Shown here: piece by piece, positions 20,097 through 29,126 of the stretch | How the letters are laid out: every line of letters starts with the position of its first letter | Position numbering within the stretch: the first letter of the stretch is position 1 | Source: Candidatus Bathyarchaeota archaeon | GTDB lineage: Archaea > Thermoproteota > Bathyarchaeia > TCS64 | Length of the DNA: 64,000 nt | Assembly: GCA_963769425.1 (NCBI GenBank) | Contig: CAVYLP010000006.1 | Span: 576,001 to 640,000, forward strand | Direction of reading: 5' to 3' | Program-made: the position numbers and the translations under genes | Notes under the pieces: generated by a model | Database searches by the model: none | What the model saw: the letters and a program-made list of their open reading frames with translations, nothing else | Told to the model about the DNA's origin: nothing

Positions 20097-21485
20097 TGAA
20101 GTACCAGCCGATGCTCGCGGAGCCGGCGGACACCCCCTTCAGCGGCGCGGGGTGGCTCTTCGAGGTAAAGTGGGACGGCATACGCGCCATCGCCCACGTC
20201 GAGGAAGGGCTGCAGATACTCAGCAGGAACGACAACGACATCACGAGGAAGTTCCCCGAGCTCGCCGAGCTGTCGGGGCTCGCCTCGGGCGTGGTCCTCG
20301 ACGGTGAGATAGTCGTTATGAAGGGGGGGACGCCCCGACTTCCAGGCCGTCGCGAAGCGTGTGCAGACGTCGAAACCCGGGGATATAGAACGCAAAGCCC
20401 GCGAGACCCCCTGCACCTATGTTGTCTTCGACATCCTCGAGAGGGGAGGGGGGCCTCTGATCTCGAAACCGCTGAGCGAGAGGAAGGCAATCCTTAGGGA
20501 GTCGCTCAAGGACGGGGAGCATGTCGTCGTCTCCAGCTACGTCGTTGGTCAGGGGGAGGCTTACTACGAGGCTGCCGTGGCGAAGGGGCTGGAAGGCATC
20601 GTGGCGAAGCAACTCGATAGCCCCTACCGCCCCGGGGAGAGGAGCCGCGAGTGGCTTAAGGTAAAGAGGGTGAAGTCGGCGGACTGCGTCGTCATCGGCT
20701 ACACGAGGGGAATCGGGAACAGGGCGAATACCTTCGGGGCACTCCTACTTGGACTCTACGACGGTGACGTGCTCACTTTTGTGGGCAGGGTCGGTACAGG
20801 ATTCACCGATAAGTCGCTGAAGGAGCTTCTCGCCGCCTTCCGCCCCTACGAGACGACGGAGAAGCAGGTCGATGCACCTGACATCCCCACCGGCTCCACC
20901 TGGCTTAAGCCCAGCGTCGTCGCTGAGGTTGGCTACCAGAACCTTACCGAAGATAACCGCCTTCGCGCCCCTCGCTTCCTCAGATTGAGAACCGATAAAA
21001 CCCCCCGAGACTGTACAATATCACAGGTGAGGCCACTGACTCTCAAAGAGTATAACACGAAGAGGAACTTCTCGAAGAGCCCTGAACCCGTCGGCGAGGG
21101 AGCGAAGCCTAAGGGAAACAGCTACGTGGTGCAGGAGCACCATGCGAGCCACCTTCACTGGGACCTGAGGCTGGAGAGGGACGGTGTGCTGAAGAGCTGG
21201 GCTGTACCGAAGGGACCCCCCGAGAAGGTTGGGGACAAGCGGCTCGCGGTGGCCGTGGAGGACCACCCGCTCGACTACGGCGGATTCGAGGGCACCATCC
21301 CCGAGGGGGAGTACGGCGCCGGCACCGTCAAGATATGGGATAGAGGCACATACGAGGCGAAGGAGTGGGGGGAGGAGAAGATAGAGTTCAACATCCACGG
21401 CGAGCGGCTCAGCGGCCCCTACGAGCTCGTCCGCTTTAGGAAGGCGGGGGACAAGAACTGGCTCCTTTTCAAGAAGAAGGAGTAG
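20093..21485 (+). CDS. ligD: NHEJ ATP-dependent DNA ligase fused to a C-terminal 3'-phosphoesterase domain (frameshift near 20335)
   Basis: EVKWDGIR, LDGEIV, YVVFDIL, EGIVAK, WLKVK ligase motifs; then QEHHASHLHWDLRLE, KSWAVPKGP, EDHPLDY PE motifs. Confidence 0.9.
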
Positions 21486-21499
21486 CCTACCTCGGCACC

Positions 21500-22243
21500 A
21501 TGGGGTGGAGCTACAAGTTCTGGGTCGGCAAGCTCTACCCCGAGGGCACGAAGCCCACCGCTTACCTCACCGAGTACGCCAAAGCCATGAACTCGGTCGA
21601 GATCGACGCCACATTCTACAGGATACCGAGCGTCCCCACCGTCGAGGCTTGGAGGGACGCTGTCCCCGACGGTTTCAGATTCGCCGCCAAGTTCCCGCAG
21701 ACGGTTACACACGTCCCCGGCCTCGCATACGACGAGGATAGGCTCGAGGTCTTCCTCCACCATATTGAGGCCTTCGGGGAGAAGCTGGGCCCCCTGCTCC
21801 TCCAGTTCCCGCCCTTCCTCAAGCCAGCCTACACGGTCCTCGACGACCTGTTGGAGAAGCTCCCAAGGAGAAGGCTCGTCGCCGCTGAGTTCAGGAACAG
21901 GCACTGGTTCACCGAGGAGACCTACAGGCTGCTCAGGGACCACGGCGTCGCCCTCGCCTCGACGAATAGAGAGGGGTCGCCCGAGGTTGAGACCGCCGAC
22001 TTCGCCTACATCCGCCTCGAGGGGGACAGGAAAGCCGTGGTCGCAGAGAGGGGCGAGGTGCAGGTGGACAGGGGCGCAGAGACTGTTGAGTGGGCGGGGA
22101 AGGTGAAGAGGCAACTCGAGTCGGGCCGTGACATCTACGCCTACTTCAGCAAATACTACTCGGGCTATCCCCCGGCCGACGTCGAGGCGATGAGAAGGCT
22201 TCTCCCTAGAGTCCCCACCAATACGGGTACTCGATCCTCATAG
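21500..22243 (+). CDS. DUF72 (YecE-like) protein; true start may lie a few codons upstream
   Basis: G.MGWSY, VEIDATFY, F.AKFP, LLQFPP, EFRN..W, YIRL.G. Confidence 0.88.
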   Translation: MGWSYKFWVGKLYPEGTKPTAYLTEYAKAMNSVEIDATFYRIPSVPTVEAWRDAVPDGFRFAAKFPQTVTHVPGLAYDEDRLEVFLHHIEAFGEKLGPLLLQFPPFLKPAYTVLDDLLEKLPRRRLVAAEFRNRHWFTEETYRLLRDHGVALASTNREGSPEVETADFAYIRLEGDRKAVVAERGEVQVDRGAETVEWAGKVKRQLESGRDIYAYFSKYYSGYPPADVEAMRRLLPRVPTNTGTRSS

Positions 22244-22928
22244 ACCTGCCCCTGAACCAGACCGCCATCTCCTCCTCGAGGGGCTGGAGGATGAAGCCGT
22301 CCAGGAACCTTATCCCGTCGAGCGGAATGGGGAGGCCGAACCAGTGGAAGAGTGTCGCCCCGACCCAGGTGTCATGCGTGACATAGAGGTCGATGTTGTC
22401 GGGGGCGGCGTTCTCCAGCCGGAGTATAGCGTACTCGCCCACCATCCTCGCGAACTCACTCGAGGGGCGGAAGACGTCCTGGGGAGCCAGCCCCGCGAGC
22501 CATCGGTTCATCATCTCCGCAACGGCCACGTCCTCGTCCCCGCACCGTTTGAATACCGTGTCTATGTAGTCGTCCATCGCTTGGGGATCGTAGGAGGTGC
22601 GGAATGGGAACACACCCGCAATATCAGCCTTGGACCCTCCCCTCCTTATGCCCTCGACTATCGACTCCGCCGACTCCTTCGCCCGATCCAAAACGGTGTG
22701 GTAGACGCGGTAGCCTCTCCCCGCGGGCAGGCCCTCGCCGAACTCGATCGCCGCCTCTCTCCCGAACGAGGTGCTCAGGAGGGCGTTGCTGTTGGGACCC
22801 GACATCCCGGGGCGCTCCGTGTGCCTGATGTGGATCATCGCCGGCTTCCCCGGCTCGAGTTCCGTGGCGCTCTTTAGAATGTTCAGGGGTAGCTTGCCCC
22901 AGTCGACGGATGATAATACGCGGCCCAC
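22206..22928 (-). CDS. Histidine phosphatase superfamily protein
   Basis: IRHTER and YVTHD motifs. Confidence 0.7.
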   Translation of the reverse strand: MGRVLSSVDWGKLPLNILKSATELEPGKPAMIHIRHTERPGMSGPNSNALLSTSFGREAAIEFGEGLPAGRGYRVYHTVLDRAKESAESIVEGIRRGGSKADIAGVFPFRTSYDPQAMDDYIDTVFKRCGDEDVAVAEMMNRWLAGLAPQDVFRPSSEFARMVGEYAILRLENAAPDNIDLYVTHDTWVGATLFHWFGLPIPLDGIRFLDGFILQPLEEEMAVWFRGRSMRIEYPYWWGL

Positions 22929-22979
22929 GAGGGTAGAAGGGCTATGAGGTTTAATTAAACCAGCGAATGAGGGGGCGTT

Positions 22980-23957
22980 CTATTCGTAGAAGTCGGGCTT
23001 CGGGGCCCACGCCGGGTAGTCGACCTTCTTCAGTAAAGGCTTGTTCTTCGGCCACATAGGCTTCTGGAGGTATGTGTAGCACTCGTTCCTGCTCTGCTGG
23101 AGGGTGTTGTGGAGCTTCGTCGTCTTCCGGTACTCGCGTAGCTCGCCGACGTCGATGACCGCGCCAATGGTCATCTGGCGCCCCTTCGCTGCAACTGCTA
23201 TCGGCCTCCCCATGAAGTCGACTATCATGCTGTTCCCGTACTTCGCCTCGTTCGCGTTGACACCGTAGACCATGTTCTCGATGCTGCGCATCTTGTTCAC
23301 AGTCGTGTACCAGTCGTATGGGTCGAACATGAGCTCCTGCGGGTAAGGCGGGAAGACGGTGGGCTTGAGGATGACCTCAGCGCCGTTGAAGGCGAGCTGC
23401 CGCGCCACCTCGGGGAAGAACTGGTCGTAACAGACCATGCAGGCGAGGTTGCCTAACTCCGTCTTCGCCACGGGGAAGAGGGGCGCCTTGTAGTCGTCGA
23501 GGACGTCGTGGGGGCTCGTGGTGAGCTCGAGGGGAATCCACGGGTTGATCTTACGATACTTCAGAATGATTTTGCCCTTCGGGTTCATGATGAAGGCGGT
23601 GTTGAAGTAGTAGTCGGGGAACTCGGGGTCGCGCTCGTGCAGGCTGGCGGAGACGTAGGTGTTCCACTTCTTCGCCATTCCCGCGATGGCGTCGGTCTCG
23701 GGCCCGGGCATCTCGATCGCTGAGGTGACTCGCATCTTCTGGTCCTGCTTCGGGTCCGCCTCGTCGTACTCGTGGCGGAGTATGTTCTCGGGGAAGACGG
23801 TGAGCTTGACGGGGATGGTCTCCTCCCACGTCTCTAGGCTCTGGAAGCTGGCGAGGACCCTTGTGAGGTTGACCTTCCTGCGTTCGGCGAAGTCTGGTAT
23901 CTCGTCTGGATTTATCCTCATGTACTGGACTATGGCGGCGGTGTACCTGTCTACCAT
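22980..23957 (-). CDS. Nitrilase/carbon-nitrogen hydrolase family protein
   Basis: E-K-C triad in FPEN, YRKINP, VCYDQFFPE. Confidence 0.88.
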   Translation of the reverse strand: MVDRYTAAIVQYMRINPDEIPDFAERRKVNLTRVLASFQSLETWEETIPVKLTVFPENILRHEYDEADPKQDQKMRVTSAIEMPGPETDAIAGMAKKWNTYVSASLHERDPEFPDYYFNTAFIMNPKGKIILKYRKINPWIPLELTTSPHDVLDDYKAPLFPVAKTELGNLACMVCYDQFFPEVARQLAFNGAEVILKPTVFPPYPQELMFDPYDWYTTVNKMRSIENMVYGVNANEAKYGNSMIVDFMGRPIAVAAKGRQMTIGAVIDVGELREYRKTTKLHNTLQQSRNECYTYLQKPMWPKNKPLLKKVDYPAWAPKPDFYE

Positions 23958-24057
23958 ACATGCAACCTTCGATGCTCACCACGCCGCGGGGGCCCATTAT
24001 TAATTTAATGACATAGATGACGTGAAAAACAGCTGCATTGTCTCAAATGGGGCACAG

Positions 24058-24636
24058 CTACGACTTGACCATCTTGAAGCCCATGCCCGTGCCCTTCCCC
24101 TGCTCAAAGGCGAGGTGGATGAGCAGTGCCGTCATAGGCTCGAGGAAACGCGCGTTCCTTATCGGCCCGCAGTCGAGGGGCTCGAAGCCTATGTCCGACG
24201 CCAGCTTCGCAACGATCTCCTTCGCCCCCGCGTCGTCGCCTGCTAAGAAGGCGGTGAGCTTCTCGCGCCCCACCGAGCCGGTCGTCATGTTGACGGCGAA
24301 GACCGTATTGAAGGCCTTCACGACCCTCGCCCTCGGGAGGAGATTCTGAGTCTCCTCGCCCGCGGAAGACGTGAAGCCGACGGCGAGCCCGCTCTGGGAG
24401 AGCGGGTTCATGACGTCTATGAGAGGCTTCCCGTCAGCGGCCGAGCCGATCGCCACCGCGGCGTTCTTGGCCTCGCCGTAGGGAACCGCGAGGATAATGA
24501 CCTCGCCCCATGAGGCCGCCGCGTTGACGGGCTCCTTCGGGTCCCTGTGCCCGAACTTGACCTCGTGGCCCGCCTTGGTGAGCCCCTTCGCGAGTGCGTT
24601 CCCGACGTGCCCCTTACCGATGATGGCTATCTTCAT
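24058..24636 (-). CDS. NADPH-dependent F420 reductase / pyrroline-5-carboxylate reductase-like oxidoreductase
   Basis: MKIAIIGKGHVG, ILAVPY, ID.MNP, VVKAFNTV; ATG at 24636. Confidence 0.85.
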   Translation of the reverse strand: MKIAIIGKGHVGNALAKGLTKAGHEVKFGHRDPKEPVNAAASWGEVIILAVPYGEAKNAAVAIGSAADGKPLIDVMNPLSQSGLAVGFTSSAGEETQNLLPRARVVKAFNTVFAVNMTTGSVGREKLTAFLAGDDAGAKEIVAKLASDIGFEPLDCGPIRNARFLEPMTALLIHLAFEQGKGTGMGFKMVKS

Positions 24637-24729
24637 GTTTGACCGATGGAAAGATTCGGTGATAAACGTTACCTGATGAGGCGTCGAAAGTTTCATCCAG
24701 CCCGCCGGGCGCTTATGCCCCGATGAGGT

Positions 24730-25929
24730 TTGACGAGGCCTAAGCTGAAGAGGGACGACCAGCAGTGGATGCTGGACTGGATAGTCAAGACGACTGGGCG
24801 TGTGCAGAACCTCGCGAACGACGAGAGGGACCTCCCACCCGAGGTCAAGTCGTACCGTATGATCCCGCGCGTCCTCTACAAGGAGGCGCGCCACTTTGAG
24901 ACGATCGCGAAGGCGGCCGAGGCGGCTGGCCACACCGATACGGCGCGCCAACTCTACCGCCGTGCAAGCCAGGTCTACCACGAGGCGCAGCACAGCATCT
25001 TCGAGGACGACAACAAGGAGAAGATCTTCCTCCACGGGAAACACATCGAGTGCTACGACAAGGTCGCCGGCTACGCGGACAACCCGATCGAGAAGGTTGA
25101 GATACAGTGGGAGGGCGTCCAGATACAGGGCCGCTTCCACCTACTCAGGGACAGGCGCAAGGCACCCACTGTCCTCTTCCTCCCCGGGATGGACATGACG
25201 AAGGAGGCGTTCCCCAACCCCCTCGCCAACCCGTTCCTCCGACGTGGCATGAACGTGCTCTCCATCGACGGCCCAGGCCAGGGTATCAGCAACATCCGCA
25301 AGATCAGGGTCAATGACGACAACTACGAGAGAGCGGCGATGGCGGCCATCGACTGGCTCGTGGCGAGGCCCGAGGTGGACCCGGAGCAGATAGTCATCGT
25401 TGGCATCAGCTTCGGTTGCCACTGGGGCATTCGAACAGCAGCCATCGATAAACGAGTCAGGGCCCTAGCAACCACCTACGCCGTCGTTGGCCCAAAGAAG
25501 GCAATCTTCGGCGAGGCATCCCCACGATTCAAGCAGATGTTCATGTACATGGCGGGGCTCAGCGACGAGGACGAGTTCGATGCAATGGCGGAGAGGATGG
25601 ACACCACCGGCTACGCAGAGAGGATCATGTGCCCCACATTACTCACTATGGGGGAGTACGACCCACTCTGCCACCTCGAGTACGCCGTCGACTTCTTCGA
25701 CGAGCTAACCTGCCCTAAGGAAATGTGGGTGCTCGAGAACGAGTTCCACCGCATAAGCCTCCGCGAGGGCATCGGAGGCATAGAGATCTACCCATACATA
25801 GCCGACTGGCTACGCGACGAGTTGGACGGAAAACATCCGAAGGACCTCAACAAGACTGTGTTGGTGAAGCAGAAGAGCGGCGCGGGCCCCTATGAGGCTC
25901 CCACCGACTCATTGAACCTCCCCCGCTAG
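24730..25929 (+). CDS. Alpha/beta hydrolase (FrsA / 2,6-dihydroxypseudooxynicotine hydrolase-like)
   Basis: PGMDMTKE, IDGPGQG, nucleophile GISFG, GEYDP, His near the C-terminus. Confidence 0.8.
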   Translation: MTRPKLKRDDQQWMLDWIVKTTGRVQNLANDERDLPPEVKSYRMIPRVLYKEARHFETIAKAAEAAGHTDTARQLYRRASQVYHEAQHSIFEDDNKEKIFLHGKHIECYDKVAGYADNPIEKVEIQWEGVQIQGRFHLLRDRRKAPTVLFLPGMDMTKEAFPNPLANPFLRRGMNVLSIDGPGQGISNIRKIRVNDDNYERAAMAAIDWLVARPEVDPEQIVIVGISFGCHWGIRTAAIDKRVRALATTYAVVGPKKAIFGEASPRFKQMFMYMAGLSDEDEFDAMAERMDTTGYAERIMCPTLLTMGEYDPLCHLEYAVDFFDELTCPKEMWVLENEFHRISLREGIGGIEIYPYIADWLRDELDGKHPKDLNKTVLVKQKSGAGPYEAPTDSLNLPR

Positions 25930-26573
25930 GCCTTCACTCGGTAGAGCTTGGCTCGTGCGACGCTTCCAACTTCTTCAAGCATACCCATCTTGGCTAGGCA
26001 GTAGACAACCCTTCTGGCGAGTGTAATCCTTAACCCTATGGCTTTGCTGAGTTGGCGCGCCGTGAATGCTCCATGCATATCCGGTATCAGCTTCAGGTAG
26101 TCCTCCGGCCTCTCGAAGACCATGCTGCTGACCACCTTGACGAGGTGCCTTTCAGTTACAGTGTAGCGTGTCCTCTTTCGCCCTCTCCATCTAACGGCCT
26201 GCGACTCCTCCGAGTGGACTAGCAGCACCTCAAGCGAAAAATTAGGGTCCAGAGGCATCGTGGGGCAGTAGACCAGCTCGTTGAAGACGTCCTCGACACG
26301 CCCAACCCGAGGCGAGACACGACGCTGCCTCCTCCCATCGACCTCCCTAATGACCCACCTCCTCTCAGGGACAGGGTGCACGAGCCTGACACGATACCCC
26401 TTCAGCAGCTTCGCCAACTTCGCCCTAATCTGAGGAAAATTCCCAGTCTGAATCTCTATCAAAAGGTCGCCACGAATAAGGTCCGCCCTGTACCCCCATA
26501 CAGTCCCCTCAACAAGATCCCCAGGCCTCCAAAGCCACTCCTTCAACTCAGCGTGGAGGCCCCTCTCTGGCAT
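25926..26573 (-). CDS. Putative PD-(D/E)XK nuclease-fold protein with C-terminal HTH
   Basis: E..LH..LK, ADL....LIEIQT; C-terminal FTARQLSKAIG...VYCL.KMG winged-helix pattern. Confidence 0.6.
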   Translation of the reverse strand: MPERGLHAELKEWLWRPGDLVEGTVWGYRADLIRGDLLIEIQTGNFPQIRAKLAKLLKGYRVRLVHPVPERRWVIREVDGRRQRRVSPRVGRVEDVFNELVYCPTMPLDPNFSLEVLLVHSEESQAVRWRGRKRTRYTVTERHLVKVVSSMVFERPEDYLKLIPDMHGAFTARQLSKAIGLRITLARRVVYCLAKMGMLEEVGSVARAKLYRVKA

Positions 26574-27030
26574 AGCTACATCACAAGCTCAAGCGCAATA
26601 TAACTAATACCGAGAATCGTTTAGGGAAAACTAGTAATTAATGAGTCTTTTATCGTTTAAAACGCACCAAATCAGAGGAAATGAGAAATACGGATTTTTT
26701 TACAGTTGGGAACAAACCAACCACGAAACCCTCCCCCCGAGGAGATCGAGGGATAACGCTTTCAGACGACGCCAAGCGAACACACCCGCAGCAGGCCAAA
26801 GCACAGACACGTAAACACCATCTTCACCCGGACACGAGGAGACTCGTCACAAGCACACCCCACCGCGGAACACCCTTCAACCGGACGCCTCCTCGACCCG
26901 ATCCGCTTATTCCGAAGCCGATGACTCACCCAAGCGGGTGGCCGCGGACCCATACCTCATAGTCGCGTCCCACCACGAGGCCCCACGCCGTGTACTCCTT
27001 ATCCCTGTACAAACCAGGTTCACTTTACCT

Positions 27031-27400
27031 CGCAATTAGTGACTACAATGCGCAACGGCACCATTACAACACGCAACAACCACCGTATACAGTGAAGAAT
27101 CCTGTAACGGCCACCACTTACATGCGCAACTGCTACTGTTACAAGCGCAACAGCCACCGTATACAAGGGACAGCTCCGTAACAGCCACCACTTATAAGAG
27201 AGACAGAAATAGACAGAATAAGACAGAAATAGACGGCAATAGACAAAAATAGACTAATTAAAGACAATAAAGACAGGCGTCTAAGCGTTTTTATTGACCT
27301 GAATCGGTAAAGGGGCTTGGAAACGGCTCGGATGGTTAAAGTCTCTTGAGGAAAAACGGTATAAGTTGCAGCGGTTGCATTGTAAGTAGCCACCGTTGCG
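27031..27400. repeat. Array of ~20-bp YGYAAC-N7/8-(T)TACA repeats (7 direct, 2 inverted), including a 74-bp tandem duplication
   Basis: Copies at 27031, 27051, 27072, 27103, 27125, 27146, 27177 and inverted at 27360-27379 and 27381-27400; 27049-27122 resembles 27123-27196. Confidence 0.85.
27201..27276. repeat. Eight ~10-bp tandem repeats AGAC(A/G)NNAAT
   Basis: AGAC starts at 27201, 27211, 27221, 27231, 27241, 27251, 27262, 27271. Confidence 0.9.
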
Positions 27401-27625
27401 CGGGGTTTGGATGGTCTTGGAAGGGTTATTTGTCATAAACATGGAAAAGCTCCATTACGTCACTCACCTTCCTCGACTCTGAAAATCAGATATGAATTGG
27501 AAATCAATCTTGTTATTGTATTTTTACAAGTACCGCCACAAGTATGAAAAAGTTATTACAAGTATAAAGGCGCTAAATATTATAGTAGCATCCTGGGGTG
27601 AATAAAAGAAAAGTAGTAGATTGGG

Positions 27626-28615
27626 CTACTTTTCGAGCCCGCTCATCTTCCTAATCTGCCTGCCGACCTTCTCGATCTCGAGACCGTCGACCTCGTCCAT
27701 GAGTGCCTTGAAGTGCTTTGAGCCGTCCTTGTACTCGGCCATCCACTCCTTCGCGAACTTGCCGCTCTGGACATCCTTGAGCACCTTCCTCATGTTCTCC
27801 TCGACGCGGTCGTCTACGATGACAGGGCCGACTGTGAGGCCACCCCACTTCGCCGTGTCACTCACGGCGCGGTACATCCCACCGATGCCCGCCTTGTAGA
27901 TCAGGTCGACGATGAGCTTCAGCTCGTTGCAGACCTCGAAGTAGGCAAGCTCAGGAGGATAACCCGCGTCGACGAGGACCTTGAAGCCCCTCCGGATCAG
28001 CTGATCTGCGCCACCGCAGAGGACCGCTTGCTCGCCGAATAGGTCCTCCTCAGTCTCGTCCTTGAACGTGCTCTCGAGAACCCCAGCCTTACCGCTGCCC
28101 AGCGACTTGGCGAGGGCGAGCGCCGTCTGAAGCGCCTTCCCCGAGGCGTCCTGGTGGACGCTGACGAGGGCCGGGACACCGAAGCCCGCCTCGTACTGGC
28201 GGCGAAGCTCAGCGCCTGGGCTCTTCGGGGCGACCATTATCACATCGACGTCCTTCGGCGGCTTGATGGCGCCGTAGAGGATGTTAAATCCGTGTGCGAA
28301 CTGGAGTGTCTTCCCCTTCTTCATCGCGAGGGCGACCTCCTCCTTCCACACTGTGGGCTGAGCCATGTCGGGGACGAGCATGAGGACTATGTCCCCCTGC
28401 TGCGCGGCCTCGAGTACCGTCGTCACCTTGACGCCGTCTGCTTGGGCCTGCTTCCAGCTCTTGCCCCCGGGGCGGAGGCCAACGACGACGTTGACCCCGC
28501 TGTCCTTCATGTTGAGGGCCTGCGCCCTCCCCTGACTACCGTAGCCTATGACGGCCACCGTCTTGCCCTTCAGAACCTTGTCGTCTATGTCCTTATCGTG
28601 GTATACCTTCACCAT
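27626..28615 (-). CDS. ilvC: Ketol-acid reductoisomerase
   Basis: GYGSQG, FAHGFNI, MVAPKSPG, ETEEDLFGEQAVLCGG, AYFE. Confidence 0.97.
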   Translation of the reverse strand: MVKVYHDKDIDDKVLKGKTVAVIGYGSQGRAQALNMKDSGVNVVVGLRPGGKSWKQAQADGVKVTTVLEAAQQGDIVLMLVPDMAQPTVWKEEVALAMKKGKTLQFAHGFNILYGAIKPPKDVDVIMVAPKSPGAELRRQYEAGFGVPALVSVHQDASGKALQTALALAKSLGSGKAGVLESTFKDETEEDLFGEQAVLCGGADQLIRRGFKVLVDAGYPPELAYFEVCNELKLIVDLIYKAGIGGMYRAVSDTAKWGGLTVGPVIVDDRVEENMRKVLKDVQSGKFAKEWMAEYKDGSKHFKALMDEVDGLEIEKVGRQIRKMSGLEK

Positions 28616-28619
28616 AGTG

Positions 28620-29126
28620 TCACTTCTCCAGCTTTAGCCGCCCCTTCTCGACGGCCGTGACGCCCGTCCTAGAGACCTCCTCGACCCCTATGGGCTTAAC
28701 GGCCTCGAGGAACGCGTCTATCTCCTCAGACTCACCCGTGACCTCGGCTATAAGGTTGTCCGGCTCGATATTCAGGATGAGGCCGTGGTAGTCGTTCACC
28801 AGCTTGAGGGCCTCCTCCCTCGCCATCGGGTCGGTTGTTGTGAGCTTCACCAGCGCCAGCTCCCTGTTGACTGTGCGTAGCGGGTCGAGGCGCTTCACCT
28901 CGATCACGTCCACCATCTTGTCGAGCTGCTCGACCACCTGGTTGACTCCGCGGGCGTCCGCCTGCACGACGATGGTTATGCGGACCGTGTCGTCGTCGAG
29001 CACCGTCCCAGCCGTGATGCTGTGTATGTTGAAGTTCTTCCGACGGAACATGTTGCTTATGTTGAACAATACACCCGGCCTGTTCTCGACGAGGAACGCG
29101 ACAACGTGCATCTCACTCATGGTCAT
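28620..29126 (-). CDS. ilvN: Acetolactate synthase regulatory subunit (copy 1)
   Basis: LVENRPGVL, NIHSIT, QLDKMVDVIEV, RELALVK, RTGVTA. Confidence 0.92.
   Translation of the reverse strand: MTMSEMHVVAFLVENRPGVLFNISNMFRRKNFNIHSITAGTVLDDDTVRITIVVQADARGVNQVVEQLDKMVDVIEVKRLDPLRTVNRELALVKLTTTDPMAREEALKLVNDYHGLILNIEPDNLIAEVTGESEEIDAFLEAVKPIGVEEVSRTGVTAVEKGRLKLEK

Noticed and set aside
26850-27012. In-frame TGA after ...RGHPLG as selenocysteine readthrough
   Set aside because: No selenoprotein motif, no recognisable SECIS element and no Sec machinery in the window
26681-27393. ORF-track entries 26681-26962, 26762-26953, 26990-27181, 27139-27393
   Set aside because: Low-complexity translations of repeats and skewed DNA, without protein-like composition
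27031-27400. Repeat array as a CRISPR locus
   Set aside because: Units are ~20 bp, degenerate and separated by only 0-11 nt; no unique 30-40 nt spacers and no cas genes in the window
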